Positions 59,510 through 64,000 of a stretch of 64,000 nucleotides of DNA are shown here, piece after piece (the stretch's first letter is position 1; each line of letters begins with the position of its first letter). The stretch is from Macrostomum lignano (lineage: Eukaryota): NCBI GenBank assembly GCA_002269645.1, contig NIVC01001823.1, forward strand, positions 62,001 through 126,000, written 5' to 3'. A program made the position numbers and the translations under genes. The notes beneath the pieces were generated by a model, which worked only from the letters and a program-made list of their open reading frames with translations, searched no databases and was not told where the DNA came from.

Positions 59510-62500
59510 GAAGGCCAGAGTGCAGAGTGAGAGAGAAAACTGGCCAAATTTAGCAATGCATTTTCTGTACATTTGACCGCCCCCTCAAACCGATGCACTG
59601 CGGGACTGAGCAGCATTTTACACCGCTCAGTGGGCCATTAAATGCATTTAAAGATCTCACACTGTACTGAGGCACAATGGGTCAGCTCAGCCTCATCAAG
59701 TACAGCTTGGGGTGGCCGCTGCAGCCGCAGCCTCTCCGTTGCCATGCTGGGTGCACAGAGGCGAAGGCGGCGGACTCAGCGCTCATGCTCGGAAGAGAAG
59801 TTTCGGCTGCTCAGGCCGGGGGTGGTCGGCCTCGCCAGAGGCTGCAAAAGGGGGGGGGGGCAGCTGAGAGATGAGGCGGTAAAATCTTTCTGGCAACCGG
59901 CTGCACAAACCTTTGAAACACCTGCCACTCTGACAGCAGCCGTGACTGACATCTACCACTCTGACAGCAGCCGTGACTGACATCTGCCGCTCTGACAGCA
60001 GCCGTGACTGACATCTGCCACTCTGACAGCAGCCGTGACTGACATCTGCCGCTCTGACAGCAGCCGTGACTGACATCTTCCACTCTGACAGCAGCCGTGA
60101 CTGACATCTGCCACTCTGACAGCAGCCGTGACTGACATCTGCCACTCTGACAGCAGCCGTGACTGACATTTGCCACTCTGACAGCAGCCGTGACTGACAT
60201 CTGCCACTCTGACAGCAGCCGTGACTGACATCTGCCACTCTGACAGCAGCCGTGACTGACACCTGCCCCTCTGACAGCAGCCGTGACTGACATCTGCCAC
60301 TCTGACAGCAGACGTGACTGACATATGCCAAGGATCATACGTAGGGTTCATAAATAAAATTTTAATGCAGCGAAGCCATCCTTTTTTCTCACCCTCTCCC
60401 TCCCTTTCCCCCCTTTATTGAAAAAATAAAGAGCAGTCAGACCACATCTCTACCTCCCTCCCCGCTTTATTCCTACTCAACTCATTAGCTCTTTCCTCTC
60501 CTTCCCTCTCCCTCGCCCTCTCTTTCTCCATCCACTCTTTCTCCCTTTCTGAAGTCTCGACCCGCTGTTTAACACGGCAGCCGCACAATGGGCCAAAACC
60601 TCAGCAGCCGTCAGGCCGTCACCAGGGGCAACATCCCGGCAGTAAGAGCTCATCTGCGGCTTCGACCGGGACAAAGAAGGAAGACCCGCTTTTGCATAGA
60701 AAATGCTCAACTGGCTGCAAGAAATAGCCAGTGGGAAGTCGTCAAGTTTCTCGTGCCACAAGTCGCTGACCAAGCAAACAGAGATCGCTTCTGCATCGAG
60801 GCTGCCAAATCTGCTGCAGAAAATGGTCAGTGGGAAGTCGTCAAGTTTCTCGTGTCACAAGTCGCTGACCAAGCAAACAGAGATCGCTGCTGCATCGAGG
60901 CTGCCAAATCTGCTGCAGAAAATGGTCAGTGGGAAGTCGTCAAGTTTCTCGTGTCGCAAGTCGCTGACCAAGCAAACAGAGATCGCTGCTGCATCGAGGC
61001 TGCCAAATATGCTGCAATACTTCGTAAGTGGGAAGTCGTCAAGTTTCTCGTGTCGCAAGTCGCTGACCAAGCAAACAAAGATCGCTGCTGCATCGAGGCT
61101 GCCATATCTGCTGCAAGATATCGTCAGTGGGAAGTCGTCAAGTTCCTCGTGTCACAAGTCGCTGACCAAGCAAACAGAGATCGCTGCTGCATCGAGGCTG
61201 CCAAACCTGCTGCAATATTTGGTCCCTTAGAAGTCGTCAAGTTTCTCGTGTCACAAGTCGCTGACCAAGCAAACAGAGATCGCTGCTGCATCGAGGCTGC
61301 CATATCTGCTGCAAGATTTCGTCAGTGGGAAGTCTTCAAGGGCCTCGTGTCACAAGTCGCTGACCAAGCAGACAGAGATCGCTGCTGCATCGAGGCTGCA
61401 AAAACTGCTGCAGGAAATTTTCAGTGGGAAGTCGTCAAGTTTCTCGTGTCACAAGTCGCTGACCAAGCAAACAGAGATCGCTGCTGCATCGAGGCTGCCA
61501 AACCTGCTGCATTATTTGGTCTCTTAGAAGTCGTCAAGTTTCTCGTGTCACAAGTCGCTAGACAAGCAAACAGAGATCGCTGCTGCATCGAGGCTGCCAT
61601 ATCTGCTGCAAGAAATCGTCAGTGGGAAGTCGTCAAGTTTCTCGTGTCACAAGTCGCTGACCAAGCAAACAGAGATCGCTGCTGCATCGAGGCTGCCAAA
61701 TCCTCGTGTCTCTCAATTCCGGATCAGAGAGCGAATCTCCATTTCCAATGCGCAGTCGCGGCTTGCTCTCGTCTTCGCGAAAATGCCGTTGCCTCCCTTG
61801 GCCTCGAGCCCGACTGGCTCTTCCAATCCAGCACCATCCTCAGCTTCACTGCAGCAATGGCCATCGAAGGCAGGAACTCTGTTCTCATCGACACCCTCTC
61901 TCGAATGCAGCCAGCTCACATCACACAGCTGCTCCGTCTCTCCATCTCTCAAAGACACGTCGCTGTTGCTGTCACACTGATCAATGATGAGCGAGTCAGC
62001 ACACAGCATGTCGATCTGTCAGACAGCACTGGAGCCACTGCTCTCATGCTGGCAGCTGATGCAGGTCATCACGAGCTCATTGAGAAACTCATCGATCTCG
62101 GTGCGTCAGTGCGTGCTGAAGACAGTCAGGGTCGGACTGCTCTGTCACGAGCATGCGAAGCCGGTCACGTGCGAACAGCCAAGGCTCTGATGGACAGAGG
62201 AGCGGATGCGAGTCATCGAGACGGTCGGGGTCTGACGTGTGCGCAGGTGGCAGAGCGATTTGAGCAGCGGCAGGTGCTGCGGCTGCTGGATGCCAGTCGA
62301 GCGGGGTGAGTGAGGCGAGAATTGCGCGAATCCTTTCAGTACTGCATCGTGCTTTAGTGAAACATTTCTGTAACTTTATCAGAAAAATCTTGTTAAAATG
62401 ATTCAGTTATAAAATGTAAGCCTGCTTGGTTTTAGGAGATGAGGCGAATGCGGGGAGCGGGGACGAGGGTAGACGTGAAGAAGAAAGAAGAGAAGAAAAG

Positions 62501-64000
62501 GAGTGGACAGAAGAGACCCAGAAAGTTTTTTTGAATTTTACATTTTCGGATGAGGCAAGGGATAATTTTTTGTCTCACAGCGCGGAACGGCGAAAAATGA
62601 AGGAGTGAAGCGGGCTCATGTGAAAAACCCGAAAATCCAAATTTTCTTGGGATGTAATGCTTGAGTATAAAGCGAAAAGTCACAATTTTCAGTTTTTCAC
62701 TTTATTGCCCAATCGTTCCATTAGCGAGCATGCTGCGTTTTGCACGTTGTCCATTTAGGGCAGTCAGGATGTAAGATGTTTGTCGCGAGTCTGCATTGCC
62801 GTCTCTTGCTTCTCCCTTCGGCCGTTCCACTAAATTTGTGGCTTCTCCGGCTCATTGCCAGGGGCGAACGGCTCTCTCTGGCTCATTGCCAGGGGCGAAC
62901 GTCTCTCTCTGGCTCATTGCCAGGGGCGAACGACTCTCTCTGGCTCATTGCCAGGGGCGATCAGCTCTTTCTGGCTCATTGCCTGCTTTCTCTCGGTCAT
63001 CTGCTTCTGCCCGCCCACCACTCAGTTTTAACTGAAAACTTCTAACTGTATATTGATGAAGCTGAGCAATCTGGAAGCCACGCGTGAAAAACAATTGGAT
63101 CGGAGTTTCTGAGTCAATGAAGTGATTTTGAGTCAATGAGTCAATCAACTGCTGAGAAAATTGGCTTTACTTCCCCATTGCAGAAGCCCAGAGGTCCGGG
63201 AGGCAGCCGCTCACGGCTTGGATTCAGGTCGCCATCGGTGAGTCTGACCGGTTCGGCTTTCGCTGCCGCATGGCGGATTGGTGCTGCAGCAGCTGCTTTC
63301 TCAGCTCTCCTGCTTGAGATGCCAGTCTGAGTGCTGCAGCAGCTGCCCTCTCAGCTCTCCTGCTTGAGATGCCAGTCTGAGTGCTGCAGCAGCTGCCCTC
63401 TCAGCTCTCCTGCTTGAGATGCCAGTCTGAGTGCTGCAGCAGCTGCCCTCTCAGCTCTCCTGCTTAAGATGCCAGTCTGAGTGCTGCAGCAGCTGCACTC
63501 CCAGCTCTCCTGCTTGAGATGCCAGTCTGAGTGCTGCAGCAGCTGCACTCTCAGCTCTCCTGCTTGAGATGCCAGCTGAGTGCTGCAGCAGCTGCACTCT
63601 CAGCTCTCCTGCTTGAGATGCCAGCTGAGTGCTGCAGCAGCTGCACTCTCACCTCTCCTGCTTGTTTTGTCCATCCAATTCTGAGAAAATCACCCACACG
63701 CATCTCGCATCATTCCAGGCTCTCAGACGACTCCCAGCAAGACAGGCGCCTGAGCGAGGAGCTGCATCGACTGCTTAGAAAGGCGGGATTCACCGAGCAC
63801 AGAGTAAAGCGTCAGCAGAGACTGGCTGATTGGCTGCAAGGAGTCGCTCGAGTCCTCACACAGGATAAAAGAATGATGACGGGCAGCTACGCAGAGGGCT
63901 GGGCCAACAGTCTGGTGCAAGTGAACGGCAGGACAGCTGCAGACTCGGACATTGACTGGACTGTGCTGGTTGATGGGCAAGAGTTCCATCTTGTTAGTGG
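59510..64000 (+). repeat. Segmental duplication of about 30110-33830 (52050-53055 also matches 29240-29890)
   Basis: Shared upstream region, 31-bp minisatellite, ANK exon, small exon, 50-bp repeat and NTase exon. Confidence 0.85.
60588..64000 (+). CDS. Ankyrin-repeat cGAS-like receptor, copy 2 (runs off the window end)
   Basis: Exons 60588-62305, 63184-63237 and ~63636-64000 with GSYAEGWANS...DSDIDWTVLV; paralog of 30930-33911. Confidence 0.78.

Overview
Eukaryotic, intron-containing and minisatellite-rich genomic DNA, not prokaryotic. Composition and gene content suggest an invertebrate such as the flatworm Macrostomum lignano (inference only). The main feature is a 10,350-bp endogenous Polinton/Maverick (adintovirus-like) element at 2359-12708 in an intron of a CFAP46-like gene. 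It has about 520/640-bp terminal inverted repeats and a 6-bp target-site duplication (AGCTTG), confirmed by an empty paralogous site at 48217-48222. All of its genes lie on the minus strand: packaging ATPase, adenain protease, major and minor capsid proteins, integrase with chromodomain and two small virion-type proteins. There is no protein-primed DNA polymerase B or helicase, and no room for one. It instead carries a divergent TATA-binding-protein-like ORF, a Fic-domain enzyme with an intact active-site motif, and putative ssDNA-binding proteins; a TATAAATA motif precedes six of its genes. The rest of the window is a rearranged segmental duplication. It contains two partial CFAP46-like copies, two WSC+PAN/Apple secreted-protein genes, two multi-exon ankyrin-repeat cGAS-like (Mab-21) receptor genes plus an extra duplicated terminal exon, a second Polinton remnant (integrase fragment and PC4 gene) between inverted repeats, SINEs, and many minisatellites that generate most of the long spurious ORFs.
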